Shown in pieces: positions 13,114 through 24,456 of a stretch of DNA of 64,000 nucleotides. The DNA is taken from contig NZ_JBOFQE010000012.1 of assembly GCF_051660785.1 (NCBI RefSeq), positions 347 to 64,346 of the forward strand, in the 5' to 3' direction. Below the pieces are notes generated by a model, which saw nothing but the letters and a program-made list of their open reading frames with translations, was not told the DNA's origin and made no database searches. How positions within the stretch are numbered: the stretch's first letter is position 1; each line of letters begins with the position of its first letter. The translations under genes and the position numbers were made by a program. This DNA comes from Pseudomonas sp. Its GTDB lineage: Bacteria > Pseudomonadota > Gammaproteobacteria > Pseudomonadales > Pseudomonadaceae.

Positions 13114-13997
13114 TGGCAACGTACGCCGTTGGCGACCTTCAAGGCTGCCTTGAAGCCCTGCAATGTCTGCTAAAAAAAGTCGCGTTCGATCCGGCAAAGG
13201 ATCGTCTGTGGCTGGTGGGCGATCTGGTCAACCGTGGCCCGCAGTCGCTGGACACCTTGCGTTTCCTCTACAGCATCCGCGAATCGCTGGTGTGCGTGCT
13301 CGGCAACCATGACCTGCATTTGCTGGCCGCCGGGAAGAACATCGAACGCCTGAAGAAAACCGATACCCTTCGCGAGATTATCGAAGCCCCCGATTGCGCC
13401 GAACTGCTGGAATGGTTACGCCAGCAAAAACTCATGCACTACGACGAGCAACGTAACGTTGCGCTGGTGCATGCCGGTATTCCGCCGCAATGGTCGCTGC
13501 GCAAAGCCCTGAAATGCGCCGCCGAGGTCGAGACGGCGTTGCGCGACGATAATCTGCTGCCGCCCTACCTCGACGGCATGTATGGCAACGATCCGGCGAA
13601 ATGGGACAGCGATCTCCAGGGCATCACGCGCCTTCGGGTGATCACCAACTATTTCACCCGCATGCGTTTCTGTACGGCGCAAGGCAAGCTGGACCTCAAG
13701 AGCAAGGAAGGCGTGGGCACTGCGCCACCCGGCTACAAACCCTGGTTCCAGCACAAGGAACGCAAGACCAAGGGCGTGAAAATCATATTCGGGCACTGGG
13801 CCGCGCTTGAAGGCCAGTGCGACGAGCCGGGCATCTCTGCCCTCGACACTGGTTGCGTCTGGGGCGGTGCCCTGACGATGATGAATGTCGACAGCGGGGA
13901 ACGCCTGTCCTGCAAATGCGACGAGCATGGCCATGCTGCCACGCCACCAGTCGCCCCACGAACTTGCGAACAAACGCCAGCCAGCGCCCAGCGCTAG
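13113..13997 (+). CDS. apaH: Symmetrical bis(5'-nucleosyl)-tetraphosphatase
   Basis: [23 protein letters not shown] and LDTGCVWG motifs. Confidence 0.95.
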   Translation: MATYAVGDLQGCLEALQCLLKKVAFDPAKDRLWLVGDLVNRGPQSLDTLRFLYSIRESLVCVLGNHDLHLLAAGKNIERLKKTDTLREIIEAPDCAELLEWLRQQKLMHYDEQRNVALVHAGIPPQWSLRKALKCAAEVETALRDDNLLPPYLDGMYGNDPAKWDSDLQGITRLRVITNYFTRMRFCTAQGKLDLKSKEGVGTAPPGYKPWFQHKERKTKGVKIIFGHWAALEGQCDEPGISALDTGCVWGGALTMMNVDSGERLSCKCDEHGHAATPPVAPRTCEQTPASAQR

Positions 13998-14030
13998 ACT
14001 GCGCTTTCAGCCGAGCCACAGGAGCCCGCC

Positions 14031-14360
14031 ATGAGCGAATTCAAACGTATCCCCCCAGAACAGGCACAGGCCCTGCGCGAACAAGGCGCTGTGGTGGTTG
14101 ATGTCCGCGACCCTGCTACTTTTGCCGCGCTGCACATCAGCGGCTCGAAGCATCTGGACAATCATTCGTTGCATGCCTTTATTCAGGCTGCCGATCTGGA
14201 CGCACCGACCGTCGTGGTGTGCTACCACGGCAATTCCAGCCAGGGTGCCGCCGCCTACCTGATCAGCCAGGGCTTTTCCGACGTGTACAGCATGGATGGC
14301 GGTTTTGAGCTGTGGCGTACGACTTACCCTGCGGAAACAGCGCAAGGCACGTCCGAATAA
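14031..14360 (+). CDS. glpE: Thiosulfate sulfurtransferase (single-domain rhodanese)
   Basis: [10 protein letters not shown] active-site loop; DGGFELW. Confidence 0.9.
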   Translation: MSEFKRIPPEQAQALREQGAVVVDVRDPATFAALHISGSKHLDNHSLHAFIQAADLDAPTVVVCYHGNSSQGAAAYLISQGFSDVYSMDGGFELWRTTYPAETAQGTSE

Positions 14361-14403
14361 TTTTTTTGTAACGTGCAAGCCCCGGCCCCCGCGGGCTCGC
14401 ACG

Positions 14404-14426
14404 GTGGCAGACGAACGGTCTGCCAC
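14404..14426. other. Perfect 9-bp inverted repeat after glpE (hairpin or operator)
   Basis: GTGGCAGAC-gaacg-GTCTGCCAC; no strong U-tract, so its function is unassigned. Confidence 0.5.
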
Positions 14427-14466
14427 AACTAATTACGTATCTCGCCTTTACCTCCCGAATAAGCAA

Positions 14467-14473
14467 CTATCCT
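14467..14473 (+). promoter_or_regulatory. Putative RpoS-type -10 element of the prkA operon
   Basis: CTATCCT, close to the CTATACT consensus, about 185 bp upstream of the prkA ATG; yeaG orthologues are known to be RpoS-dependent. Confidence 0.4.
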
Positions 14474-14656
14474 TAAGCGCAGGCCATCCAAAACAGGGGA
14501 GAGCCGGTACACCGGCGCGCGGATCATCGGGAGTAGCTTTCGAGGTAGTCAGCTTCGAAAGAGTTCTGGGGGGTAAACAGCGACTGCATATCCGGTTGCT
14601 GCCAGCATCGACTGAATGATCCGGCGTCGGCTCCACGTATCGAGCGAGGTGACGTC

Positions 14657-16579
14657 ATGAGTATCTTTAGCCACTTCCAACAACGCTTCGAGTCCACACG
14701 CCAGGAAGAACTCTCGCTGCAAGAGTATCTTGAGCTGTGCAAACAGGACCGCAGCGCCTACGCCTCCGCCGCCGAGCGTCTATTGCTGGCCATCGGAGAA
14801 CCGGAGCTGCTCGACACCTCGACCAACTCGAGGCTGTCGCGAATCTTCTCCAACAAGGTGATCCGCCGCTATCCGGCCTTTGAAGACTTCCACGGGATGG
14901 AAGAATGCATTGACCAGATCGTGTCGTATTTCCGCCATGCCGCTCAGGGCCTGGAAGAGAAGAAACAAATCCTCTACCTGCTCGGTCCCGTCGGTGGCGG
15001 TAAATCGTCCCTGGCCGAGAAGCTGAAACAACTGATCGAAAAAGTGCCCTTCTACGCCATCAAGGGCTCGCCGGTATTCGAGTCGCCACTGGGTCTGTTC
15101 AACGCCACCGAAGATGGCGCGATCCTTGAGGAAGACTTCGGTATTCCACGGCGCTACCTCAACACCATCATGTCGCCATGGGCCACCAAGCGCCTGGCCG
15201 AATTCGGCGGCGACATCAGCCAGTTCCGCGTGGTGAAACTCTATCCGTCGATCCTCAATCAAATCGCGGTGGCCAAAACCGAACCGGGCGACGAGAACAA
15301 CCAGGACATCTCGGCGCTGGTGGGCAAGGTCGATATCCGCAAACTGGAGGAATACCCACAGAACGACGCCGACGCCTACAGCTATTCGGGCGCACTGTGC
15401 CGGGCCAACCAGGGCCTGATGGAATTCGTCGAAATGTTCAAGGCGCCGATCAAGGTGCTGCACCCATTGCTGACCGCCACTCAGGAAGGCAACTACAACA
15501 GTACCGAAGGCCTCGGGGCGATTCCGTTCACCGGGATCCTGCTGGCTCACTCCAACGAATCGGAATGGCACACCTTCCGTAACAACAAGAACAACGAAGC
15601 GTTCATCGACCGGATCTACATCGTCAAAGTGCCGTACTGCCTGCGGGTCAGCGACGAAGTGAAGATCTACGACAAGCTTCTGTTCAACAGCTCCCTGGCC
15701 AAGGCCCATTGCGCGCCCGACACCCTGAAGATGCTTGCCCAGTTCACTGTGCTCTCGCGACTCAAGGAGCCGGAAAACTCCAACATCTACTCCAAGATGC
15801 GCGTGTATGACGGCGAGAATCTCAAGGACACGGATCCAAAAGCCAAATCGATCCAGGAATACCGCGACAACGCTGGCGTAGATGAAGGCATGAACGGTCT
15901 GTCGACCCGGTTTGCGTTCAAGATCCTGTCCAAGGTCTTCAACTTTGACCCGCACGAAATCGCCGCCAACCCGGTGCACTTGCTCTACGTGCTGGAACAA
16001 CAGATCGAACAGGAACAATTCCAGGCCGAAACCCGCGAACGGTACCTGCGCTTCCTCAAGGAATACCTGGCACCGCGTTATATCGAATTCATCGGCAAGG
16101 AGATCCAGACCGCCTACCTCGAGTCTTACAGCGAGTATGGCCAGAACATCTTCGATCGCTACGTGCTGTATGCGGACTTCTGGATTCAGGACCAGGAATA
16201 CCGCGATCCGGAAACCGGCGAAATTCTCAACCGCGTCGCATTGAACGAAGAGCTTGAGAAAATTGAAAAACCGGCTGGCATCAGCAATCCGAAGGATTTC
16301 CGCAACGAAATCGTCAACTTCGTCTTGCGCGCCCGGGCCAACAACAATGGCAAGAACCCGACCTGGCTCAGCTACGAAAAACTGCGGGTGGTCATCGAGA
16401 AGAAAATGTTCTCCAACACCGAGGACCTCCTGCCAGTCATCAGCTTCAATGCCAAGGCCAGCAAAGAGGACCAGCAGAAGCACAACGACTTCGTCACACG
16501 GATGGTCGAGCGGGGCTACACCGACAAACAGGTACGACTGCTGTCCGAGTGGTACCTGCGGGTCAGAAAATCACAATAA
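14657..16579 (+). CDS. prkA: PrkA/YeaG family AAA+ serine protein kinase
   Basis: Walker A LLGPVGGGKSS; 640 aa; first gene of the yeaG-yeaH-spoVR cluster. Confidence 0.95.
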   Translation: MSIFSHFQQRFESTRQEELSLQEYLELCKQDRSAYASAAERLLLAIGEPELLDTSTNSRLSRIFSNKVIRRYPAFEDFHGMEECIDQIVSYFRHAAQGLEEKKQILYLLGPVGGGKSSLAEKLKQLIEKVPFYAIKGSPVFESPLGLFNATEDGAILEEDFGIPRRYLNTIMSPWATKRLAEFGGDISQFRVVKLYPSILNQIAVAKTEPGDENNQDISALVGKVDIRKLEEYPQNDADAYSYSGALCRANQGLMEFVEMFKAPIKVLHPLLTATQEGNYNSTEGLGAIPFTGILLAHSNESEWHTFRNNKNNEAFIDRIYIVKVPYCLRVSDEVKIYDKLLFNSSLAKAHCAPDTLKMLAQFTVLSRLKEPENSNIYSKMRVYDGENLKDTDPKAKSIQEYRDNAGVDEGMNGLSTRFAFKILSKVFNFDPHEIAANPVHLLYVLEQQIEQEQFQAETRERYLRFLKEYLAPRYIEFIGKEIQTAYLESYSEYGQNIFDRYVLYADFWIQDQEYRDPETGEILNRVALNEELEKIEKPAGISNPKDFRNEIVNFVLRARANNNGKNPTWLSYEKLRVVIEKKMFSNTEDLLPVISFNAKASKEDQQKHNDFVTRMVERGYTDKQVRLLSEWYLRVRKSQ

Positions 16580-16783
16580 CCCGCTGCCGGTCAGACCGGT
16601 TGTCGTCAGCCAGAGACCTGTGCGTGCTTTTTCTGATACACAGGCCTCTGGAAGGTGTTCGAAAGTCGGTAGCGAGTTCAGGCAGCATCCAAAGCGCTTG
16701 GGGGAGCGTTGAATATCCCTTGGCACTCGGTCCGATGCTGCATCACCGCTCGCCCCTTTCAGGACAGCTTCTAAGGAGCAGTC

Positions 16784-18055
16784 ATGAGCTATGTGATCGA
16801 CCGACGTCTCAATGGCAAGAACAAGAGCACGGTTAACCGTCAGCGGTTTCTGCGGCGTTATCGTGATCACATCAAAAAAGCCGTCGAAGAGGCGGTCAGT
16901 CGGCGTTCCATTACCGATATGGAACACGGCGAACAAATCAGCATACCCGGCCGCGACATCGACGAGCCGGTGCTTCACCACGGACGCGGTGGCAAGCAGA
17001 CCGTCGTGCACCCCGGCAACAAGGAATTCACCAGCGGCGAGCACATTGCCCGTCCACCCGGCGGTGGTGGCGGCAGAGGCCCGGGCAAGGCTGGCAATTC
17101 AGGCGAAGGCATGGACGAGTTCGTCTTCCAGATTACCCAGGAAGAATTTCTCGAATTCATGTTCGAGGACCTCGAGCTGCCGAACCTGGTCAAGCGCAAT
17201 CTGACCGGCACCGACACCTTCAAGACCGTGCGCGCGGGCATCAGCAACGAAGGTAACCCGTCGCGAATCAACATCATCCGAACCCTGCGCTCGGCCCATG
17301 CCCGACGGATCGCCCTGTCCGGCAGCAGCCGGGCAAAATTGCGTGAAGCCAAAGACGAACTGCTGCGACTCAAGCGGGATGAACCGGATAACTTCGGCGA
17401 TATTCAGGAAATCGAAGCAGAAATCGAAAAACTTAGTGCGCGCATCCATCGCGTACCTTTTCTCGACACCTTTGACCTCAAGTACAACCTGCTCATCAAG
17501 CAGCCGAACCCAAGCTCCAAAGCGGTGATGTTCTGCCTGATGGACGTGTCCGGCTCCATGACCCAGGCGACCAAGGACATCGCAAAGCGCTTCTTCATCC
17601 TGCTGTACCTGTTTCTCAAGCGTAACTACGACAAGATCGACGTTGTGTTCATCCGCCACCACACCAGCGCCCGCGAAGTGGATGAGGAAGAGTTCTTCTA
17701 CTCCCGGGAAACCGGCGGCACCATTGTCTCCAGCGCCTTGAAATTGATGCAGGAAATCATGGCCGAGCGTTATCCGAGCAATGAATGGAATATCTACGCG
17801 GCCCAGGCGTCCGACGGCGATAACTGGAACGATGACTCACCGATCTGCCGCGACATCCTGATCAACCAGATCATGCCGTTCGTGCAGTACTACACTTACG
17901 TTGAGATTACCCCGCGTGAACACCAGGCCCTGTGGTTCGAGTACGAACGCATTGCCGAAGCCTTCTCTGACACTTTTGCCCAACAGCAACTGGTCTCGGC
18001 CGGGGATATCTACCCGGTCTTCCGTGAACTCTTCCAGCGCAGGTTAGTGACATGA
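16784..18055 (+). CDS. yeaH: YeaH/YhbH family (vWA-like) protein
   Basis: [20 protein letters not shown] and QASDGDNW motifs. Confidence 0.92.
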   Translation: MSYVIDRRLNGKNKSTVNRQRFLRRYRDHIKKAVEEAVSRRSITDMEHGEQISIPGRDIDEPVLHHGRGGKQTVVHPGNKEFTSGEHIARPPGGGGGRGPGKAGNSGEGMDEFVFQITQEEFLEFMFEDLELPNLVKRNLTGTDTFKTVRAGISNEGNPSRINIIRTLRSAHARRIALSGSSRAKLREAKDELLRLKRDEPDNFGDIQEIEAEIEKLSARIHRVPFLDTFDLKYNLLIKQPNPSSKAVMFCLMDVSGSMTQATKDIAKRFFILLYLFLKRNYDKIDVVFIRHHTSAREVDEEEFFYSRETGGTIVSSALKLMQEIMAERYPSNEWNIYAAQASDGDNWNDDSPICRDILINQIMPFVQYYTYVEITPREHQALWFEYERIAEAFSDTFAQQQLVSAGDIYPVFRELFQRRLVT

Positions 18056-19614
18056 CCGCCAAAGAGCAGAAGCGCCAACCCATTTCCACCGGCTCCGAAT
18101 GGACGTTCGAGCTGATCCAGGCCTACGACAAGGAAATCAGTCGCCTGGCGGCTCGCTACGCACTCGATACGTATCCCAACCAGATCGAAGTGATCACCGC
18201 CGAGCAGATGATGGACGCCTACGCCTCCGTCGGCATGCCGCTGGGTTATCACCATTGGTCCTACGGCAAACACTTCCTCAGCACCGAGAAATCCTACAGT
18301 CGCGGCCAGATGGGGCTGGCCTACGAAATCGTGATCAACTCCGACCCGTGCATCGCCTATCTGATGGAAGAAAACACCATCTGCATGCAGGCCCTGGTGG
18401 TTGCTCATGCCTGCTACGGCCATAACAGCTTCTTCAAGGGCAATTACCTGTTCCGCACTTGGACCGACGCCAGTTCGATCATCGATTATTTGGTGTTCGC
18501 CAAGCAGTACATCATGCAATGCGAAGAGCGCCACGGCATCGACGCGGTCGAGGACCTCCTGGACTCCTGCCATGCGTTGATGAACTACGGGGTCGACCGC
18601 TACAAACGCCCGTATCCGATATCGGCGGAAGAAGAACGCCGTCGGCAGAAAGACCGGGAAGAACATTTGCAGAAACAGATCAACGATCTGTGGCGCACCA
18701 TTCCCAAGGGCGCGGACAAGTACAGCGACAAGGACAATGCACGCTTCCCCGCCGAACCCCAGGAAAACATTCTGTATTTCATCGAAAAACACGCGCCGCT
18801 CCTGGAGCCCTGGCAGCGGGAAATCGTGCGGATCGTGCGCAAGATCGCTCAGTATTTCTACCCTCAACGCCAGACTCAGGTGATGAACGAAGGTTGGGCG
18901 ACGTTTTGGCACTACACGCTGATGAACGACCTGTATGACGAAGGGCTGGTGACTGACGGCTTCATGATGGAGTTTTTGACTTCGCACACCAGCGTAGTCT
19001 TTCAACCCGGCTTCGACAGCCCCTACTACAACGGCATCAACCCCTACACGCTGGGTTTTGCCATGTACCGGGACATCCGGCGCATGTGTGAACACCCAAC
19101 CGAAGAGGATTACCGCTGGTTCCCGGAAATTGCCGGCACTGACTGGTTATCCAGCATCAAGTTCGCCATGAGCAGCTTCAAGGATGAGAGTTTCATCCTC
19201 CAATACCTGTCACCCCAAGTGATCCGCGACCTGAAACTGTTCAGCATTCTCGATGACGACCAGAAGGACGACCTGCTGGTGCCAGCCATCCACGATGAGC
19301 CGGGCTACCGGACTATCCGTGAAACCCTGGCGGCCCAGTACAACCTCGGCAATCGTGAACCCAATATTCAGATCTACAGCATCGATCGACGCGGCGACCG
19401 CTCTCTAACCCTGCGTCATCAGCAACATGACCGCAAACCGCTGGGCGAGTCCACCGAGGAAGTGCTCAAACACCTGCATCGCCTCTGGGGTTTCGACATT
19501 CACCTGGAAACGCTGCAAGGCGACCAGGTGATGAAAGTTCATCACGTTCCGCCCAGAGGTGAACACGCCGAGGGGGATTACGGCCGGTTGGACCTCGCCG
19601 TCATCCATCTTTGA
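18052..19614 (+). CDS. ycgB: SpoVR/YcgB family protein
   Basis: [17 protein letters not shown] and [12 protein letters not shown] motifs. Confidence 0.92.
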   Translation: MTAKEQKRQPISTGSEWTFELIQAYDKEISRLAARYALDTYPNQIEVITAEQMMDAYASVGMPLGYHHWSYGKHFLSTEKSYSRGQMGLAYEIVINSDPCIAYLMEENTICMQALVVAHACYGHNSFFKGNYLFRTWTDASSIIDYLVFAKQYIMQCEERHGIDAVEDLLDSCHALMNYGVDRYKRPYPISAEEERRRQKDREEHLQKQINDLWRTIPKGADKYSDKDNARFPAEPQENILYFIEKHAPLLEPWQREIVRIVRKIAQYFYPQRQTQVMNEGWATFWHYTLMNDLYDEGLVTDGFMMEFLTSHTSVVFQPGFDSPYYNGINPYTLGFAMYRDIRRMCEHPTEEDYRWFPEIAGTDWLSSIKFAMSSFKDESFILQYLSPQVIRDLKLFSILDDDQKDDLLVPAIHDEPGYRTIRETLAAQYNLGNREPNIQIYSIDRRGDRSLTLRHQQHDRKPLGESTEEVLKHLHRLWGFDIHLETLQGDQVMKVHHVPPRGEHAEGDYGRLDLAVIHL

Positions 19615-19677
19615 TCCTGTTTCTGCCTCCGCAAGTTCGACGCAAAGGTTATTCTGTCGAGCAAACGGAGGTTTTTT

Positions 19678-20907
19678 ATGCGGATTTATAAAGTCGGCGG
19701 AGCGGTACGCGATCGCCTGCTGGGCAAACCTGTCACTGATATCGACTGGGTCGTGGTCGGTGCCACCACCGAAGAAATGCTCGCCAGGGGCTTTCGCCCA
19801 GTGGGCGCTGACTTCCCGGTATTTCTACACCCCAAGAGTGGTGAGGAATACGCCCTCGCCCGTACCGAACGCAAAAGCGGACGCGGTTACGGCGGCTTCA
19901 CCTTTCACGCCAGCCCCGAAGTCACCCTCGAAGAAGACTTGATCCGTCGTGATCTGACGATCAACGCCATGGCCGAAGACGATCAGCAGGACCTGACCGA
20001 TCCTTACCACGGCCAGCGCGATCTCGAAGCCCGGGTGCTTCGTCACGTTTCCCCCGCATTCGCCGAAGATCCGCTCCGGGTCCTGCGCGTTGCCCGCTTC
20101 GCTGCTCGTTATGCCGGGTTGGGTTTCACCGTCGCACCTGAAACACTGGGGCTCATGCGTCAACTCAGTGAGTCAGGCGAACTGGAGGCGTTGACTGCGG
20201 AACGCAGCTGGAAGGAGATTTCCCGGGCGCTGATGGAAGATCAGCCACAGGTGTTCATCGAAGTGCTGCGTGAATGCGGCGCACTCAAGGTGTTGATGCC
20301 GGAAGTCGACGCCCTGTTTGGCGTGCCCCAGCCTGCCGCCCATCATCCGGAAATCGACACGGGTGTGCACACCCTGAGCGTGCTCGAGCAAGCGGCCCTA
20401 CACAAACAGCCACTGACCGTACGCTGGGCGTGCCTGCTGCATGATCTGGGCAAAGGATTAACCCCCGAGGAAGAGTGGCCTCGCCATATCGCCCATGAAC
20501 ACACGGGCCTGAAACTGATCAAAGCGGTCAATGAACGCTTCAAGGCACCGAAGGATTGTCAGGAACTGGCATTGCTGGTGGGCCAATATCACACCCACGG
20601 CCATCGTGCCCTGGAGCTCAAACCCTCGACGTTGCTGGAATTGCTGCAGAGTTTTGACGTGTACCGTCGGCCTCAGCGGTTTGAAGAGTTCATTGCGGCG
20701 TGCGAGATGGACGCGCGGGGCCGCAAAGGGCTGGAGCAGAGAAGTTATCCACAGGCGGATTATTTGCGCGGGGCGGCCACAGCCGCTAGGAGCGTGGCGG
20801 TTCAGCCGTTGCTGGAGAAGGGATTCAAGGGGCCGGAGCTGGGTGAGGCGATAAAGCGTGAGCGGCTGAAGGCGCTGAAGGCCTACAAAGAGGCGGCGTC
20901 TGCCTGA
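19678..20907 (+). CDS. cca: Multifunctional CCA-adding enzyme
   Basis: [30 protein letters not shown] and HD domain (LLHDLGKG). Confidence 0.95.
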   Translation: MRIYKVGGAVRDRLLGKPVTDIDWVVVGATTEEMLARGFRPVGADFPVFLHPKSGEEYALARTERKSGRGYGGFTFHASPEVTLEEDLIRRDLTINAMAEDDQQDLTDPYHGQRDLEARVLRHVSPAFAEDPLRVLRVARFAARYAGLGFTVAPETLGLMRQLSESGELEALTAERSWKEISRALMEDQPQVFIEVLRECGALKVLMPEVDALFGVPQPAAHHPEIDTGVHTLSVLEQAALHKQPLTVRWACLLHDLGKGLTPEEEWPRHIAHEHTGLKLIKAVNERFKAPKDCQELALLVGQYHTHGHRALELKPSTLLELLQSFDVYRRPQRFEEFIAACEMDARGRKGLEQRSYPQADYLRGAATAARSVAVQPLLEKGFKGPELGEAIKRERLKALKAYKEAASA

Positions 20908-20911
20908 GAAG

Positions 20912-20977
20912 CTTCGCGAGCAAGCCCGCTCCCACAGGTTTTGCGCTACCCCTGTAGGAGCGAGCCTGCTCGCGAAG
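20912..20977. repeat. REP doublet (REPIN) between convergent cca and folK
   Basis: CTTCGCGAGCAAGCCCGCTCCCACAGG ... CCTGTAGGAGCGAGCCTGCTCGCGAAG. Confidence 0.88.
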
Positions 20978-20989
20978 GCGGCATCCGAC

Positions 20990-21508
20990 TCACAATAAAT
21001 CCGAAGGCGTCAGCTGCTCCCCGCGCCACTCGAACGCCACCGGCGCCAACACCTGATCAATCTGCGCTTCATCCCACAACGTTGCGAAGCTTTTGCCTAC
21101 GCCCGGATGCACTCTGTCCGGCGCAATCAACGACAACGGCCACAACACAAAGGCATTTTTCAGAATCTCTGTCCGCGGCAGGATCAATCCGTCGAAATTG
21201 CCCACCAGATCGCCAAACAGCAGCACATCGATATCCAGCGGCAGACCCTTGCGGTCCGGCGCATAACGGCCATTGTCCGCCTCAATGAATTTCAATCGAC
21301 GGTCCAGCTCCATCAGCGGCAGATCGGTGTAAGCCGAGACCACGAAATTGAAGAACGGGCCGCTCTTGATCCCCACTGGCTGGCTTTCGAACACTGCCGA
21401 GCAACGGATATCCACCAGAAAACCCGCCAGCGCTTCTAGGCCAGCCTGCAAATGGGCTTCGCGCTCGATATTGCTACCGAGCCCGAGATACACCTGAGTC
21501 AGCGACAT
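20990..21508 (-). CDS. folK: 2-amino-4-hydroxy-6-hydroxymethyldihydropteridine diphosphokinase
   Basis: VYLGLGSN and LPLDIDVLLFGD motifs. Confidence 0.9.
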   Translation of the reverse strand: MSLTQVYLGLGSNIEREAHLQAGLEALAGFLVDIRCSAVFESQPVGIKSGPFFNFVVSAYTDLPLMELDRRLKFIEADNGRYAPDRKGLPLDIDVLLFGDLVGNFDGLILPRTEILKNAFVLWPLSLIAPDRVHPGVGKSFATLWDEAQIDQVLAPVAFEWRGEQLTPSDLL

Positions 21509-21855
21509 CCGCGCTCGATCTCCACGCCCACACCACCGGTGGCCGCCGGGACGGCGCCAGGCTTGGTCAGCTTGAGGCGCATCCAGGTGATCTTGAATTC
21601 GCTCATCAACACTTCGACCAGACGCTCGGCGAAGGTCTCGACCAGCTGGAACTGCGCCTGCTCGGCAAAGGCCTGGATGCGCGAAGAAACGCTCGCGTAA
21701 TCGAGCGCCAGGGTCAGGTCATCGCCAGCAGCTGCCGGACGATTGTCCCAGGCGAAGCTCAGATCAAGACGCAGACACTGTCGGATGCCTCGCTCCCAGT
21801 CGTAGGCACCGATCACGGTGTCGACTTCCAGGCCCTCGATAAACACTCTGTCCAA
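21499..21855 (-). CDS. folB: Dihydroneopterin aldolase
   Basis: [28 protein letters not shown] and KPGAV motifs; probable TTG start at 21855. Confidence 0.92.
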   Translation of the reverse strand: MDRVFIEGLEVDTVIGAYDWERGIRQCLRLDLSFAWDNRPAAAGDDLTLALDYASVSSRIQAFAEQAQFQLVETFAERLVEVLMSEFKITWMRLKLTKPGAVPAATGGVGVEIERGCR

Positions 21856-21929
21856 GCACTTTTCTCCGCTGCACGACAAGGGCGCAATGCGCCGTTAGAA
21901 TCAGGGCGTCCTCGCCCGGAATAGTTAGC

Positions 21930-22499
21930 ATGTTTTGGTTACTGGCGACCCTCGCCTACCTGCTCGGCTCTCTGTCCTTCGCCATATTGCTCAGCCGCCT
22001 GACCGGTAACCCCGATCCGCGAATGAGTGGCTCGGGCAATGCCGGTGCCACCAACATGTTGCGCCTGGCTGGCAAGAAGCTCGCCATCCTGACGTTGATC
22101 GGCGACCTCTGCAAAGGGCTGCTGCCGGTACTGATCGCAGGTCTTGCAGGCCTTTCGCTGCAAGAACAAGCCTGGATCGGCGTCTGTGCCGTTATCGGCC
22201 ACCTGTTCCCGCTGTACTTTCGCTTTCGCGGCGGCAAAGGTGTCGCCACCGCTGCCGGAATGTTAGTGGGACTCTACCCGCCCGCCGCCCTGCTGGCAGT
22301 CTGCGCCTGGCTGCTGACGTTCTACTTGACCCGCACCAGCTCACTCGCCGCACTGATCGCCACGCCCCTGACCCTGCCACTGCTGGCTTGGCAAGAACCG
22401 GCGGCGCTGCTGCCCATGAGTGTCCTCACGGGACTGATCGTCTGGCGTCATCGCGGCAATCTACGCGACCTGTTTGCCGGGCGCGAACGGCATTTTTAA
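21930..22499 (+). CDS. plsY: Glycerol-3-phosphate acyltransferase PlsY
   Basis: [21 protein letters not shown] and HRGN motifs. Confidence 0.95.
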   Translation: MFWLLATLAYLLGSLSFAILLSRLTGNPDPRMSGSGNAGATNMLRLAGKKLAILTLIGDLCKGLLPVLIAGLAGLSLQEQAWIGVCAVIGHLFPLYFRFRGGKGVATAAGMLVGLYPPAALLAVCAWLLTFYLTRTSSLAALIATPLTLPLLAWQEPAALLPMSVLTGLIVWRHRGNLRDLFAGRERHF

Positions 22500-22534
22500 A
22501 TACCGGACATGAGCACCGCTCATCCCGCGCGTCG

Positions 22535-23560
22535 TTACAGTGCCGACAACTGCTCCATCGGCCAGCGTGCCTGCACGCTGATCGCCAGACTTTCGTGCTG
22601 ACCGGCCTGCAAGCGCTGGCAACCGGCAAACGCAATCATCGCGCCATTATCGGTGCAGAACTCCGGACGGGCATAAAACACATCGCCTTTCAGGTCACCG
22701 AGCATTTTTTCCAGGGACGTGCGCAATGCTTTATTGGCGCTGACGCCTCCAGCGATCACCAGACGCTTCATGCCGGCCTGTTTCAGGGCACGTTTGCACT
22801 TGATGGTCAAAGTCTCCACCACGGCCTGCTGGAACGCCAGCGAGATGTCGCAACGGGCTTGCTCGCTGTCGTCCCCGGCGCTGACGCTCTGTTGCCAGGT
22901 GTTCAGCGCGAAGGTTTTCAGGCCACTGAAGCTGAAAGCCAGGCCTGGGCGGTCGCACATCGGACGCGGAAAGGTGTAACGCCCTGAAACGCCGCGCTCT
23001 GCCAGCTTGGCGATTTCCGGACCGCCCGGATAATTGAGCCCCATCATCTTCGCCGTCTTGTCGAACGCTTCACCGGCGGCATCGTCGAGGGTCTCGCCCA
23101 ACAGCGTGTATTGGCCGATTCCGTCGACCTGAACGAGCTGCGTATGACCGCCCGACACCAACAAAGCGACGAACGGGAATTGCGGTGGTTGCGCCTCCAA
23201 CATGGGCGCCAGCAGGTGACCTTCCATGTGGTGCACACCGAGGGCTGGAATACCCCAGGCAAACGCCAGCGCCTGGGCGCAGGAAGCCCCTACAAGCAAG
23301 GCACCGACCAGGCCAGGACCCGCGGTATAAGCGATGGCGTCGATCTCGGTCGGCACACAGTCAGCTTCGGCCAACACCTGACGGATCAAGGGCAGCATGC
23401 GTTTGACATGGTCGCGAGAGGCCAGCTCCGGCACCACGCCACCATAGGCGCGATGCAGGTCGATCTGGCTGAACAGCGCGTCGGCCAGCAGGCCGCGCTC
23501 ACTGTCATATAATGCGACACCGGTTTCGTCGCAGGAGGTTTCTAATCCCAGTACTAGCAT
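22535..23560 (-). CDS. tsaD: tRNA t6A biosynthesis protein TsaD
   Basis: [23 protein letters not shown] and [10 protein letters not shown] motifs. Confidence 0.96.
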   Translation of the reverse strand: MLVLGLETSCDETGVALYDSERGLLADALFSQIDLHRAYGGVVPELASRDHVKRMLPLIRQVLAEADCVPTEIDAIAYTAGPGLVGALLVGASCAQALAFAWGIPALGVHHMEGHLLAPMLEAQPPQFPFVALLVSGGHTQLVQVDGIGQYTLLGETLDDAAGEAFDKTAKMMGLNYPGGPEIAKLAERGVSGRYTFPRPMCDRPGLAFSFSGLKTFALNTWQQSVSAGDDSEQARCDISLAFQQAVVETLTIKCKRALKQAGMKRLVIAGGVSANKALRTSLEKMLGDLKGDVFYARPEFCTDNGAMIAFAGCQRLQAGQHESLAISVQARWPMEQLSAL

Positions 23561-23647
23561 GGGTTTGCGCCTTGTTTAGGCTGAATTCGAAGGCGCGCAT
23601 AATAGTCGCCACGGGATGCCCCGACTAGCGGTTTTCGATCAGAGGCT

Positions 23648-23676
23648 TTGCATTCCGGTCGATGAGGGGTTAACAT
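23648..23676 (+). promoter_or_regulatory. Sigma70 promoter of the rpsU-dnaG-rpoD operon
   Basis: TTGCAT-17 bp-TAACAT followed by a GC-rich discriminator. Confidence 0.65.
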
Positions 23677-23759
23677 CCGCAACCCTTAAAAACCGACGTC
23701 TTCAAGTGCTCTTTTGCCACGAGGATGTTGACCCCGGTAATGAATGAAGGTAGCTCTGG

Positions 23760-23975
23760 ATGCCAGCCGTCAAAGTAAAAGAGAACGAACCCTTCGACGT
23801 AGCTCTGCGTCGTTTCAAGCGCTCCTGCGAAAAAGCCGGTGTACTGGCTGAAGTTCGTAGCCGCGAATTCTACGAGAAGCCTACTTCTGAGCGTAAACGT
23901 AAAGCAGCAGCCGCTGTTAAGCGTCACGCCAAGAAAGTACAGCGCGAACAGCGCCGCGCCGTTCGTCTGTACTAA
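23760..23975 (+). CDS. rpsU: 30S ribosomal protein S21
   Basis: [27 protein letters not shown]. Confidence 0.98.
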
Positions 23976-24000
23976 TACACAGACGTTCGTAGCAAGCTTC

Positions 24001-24036
24001 TGCCAAGCCCGGCCCTCAGCCGGGCTAATGGCATTT
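24001..24036 (+). terminator. Hairpin/attenuator after rpsU
   Basis: AGCCCGGC-cctca-GCCGGGCT, extended by TGCCA/TGGCA; weak U-tract. Confidence 0.6.
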
Positions 24037-24456
24037 GCGGAAAACGCTTGATGCTTCACCGTCAAAGCCGCAGACGCGACCAAGACAAACCTGCTTCACA
24101 GCGTCAGACCTGGCTCTTTTGCCAGCGGTGCACGTCTTTTCTGACGAGCCTTCCAAGGCTACTGACGAGCACACCCACTGATTCCTCTCACGACGATCAG
24201 CCCAAGGCACCTCTTGCGTGCCCGCTTATGAGCTATCCGAGGCCCTTGACTGGCCGCAGCCGGATTCAGCGAAACACTTTCATATAGTCGAATACTGATT
24301 GGTACTAACGTCAGTGGATTTTCGGCAGATACACTTCCCGACAGCGATTACGCAGACGACACCGGTCGAGCCGCACATTTTGCGCGCCTCAAACAACGAC
24401 CCACGTTCGGCCGCTCTTCGTTTTGGATCCATTTAAGCGCAGATGACGAGAACGCC

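Noticed and set aside
16721-16741. TGGCAC possible sigma54 -24 box in the prkA-yeaH spacer
   Set aside because: No TTGC at the required -12 spacing
24048-24287. 79-aa ORF in the rpsU-dnaG spacer
   Set aside because: No RBS, atypical composition and no motif; the spacer is reported as a finding instead
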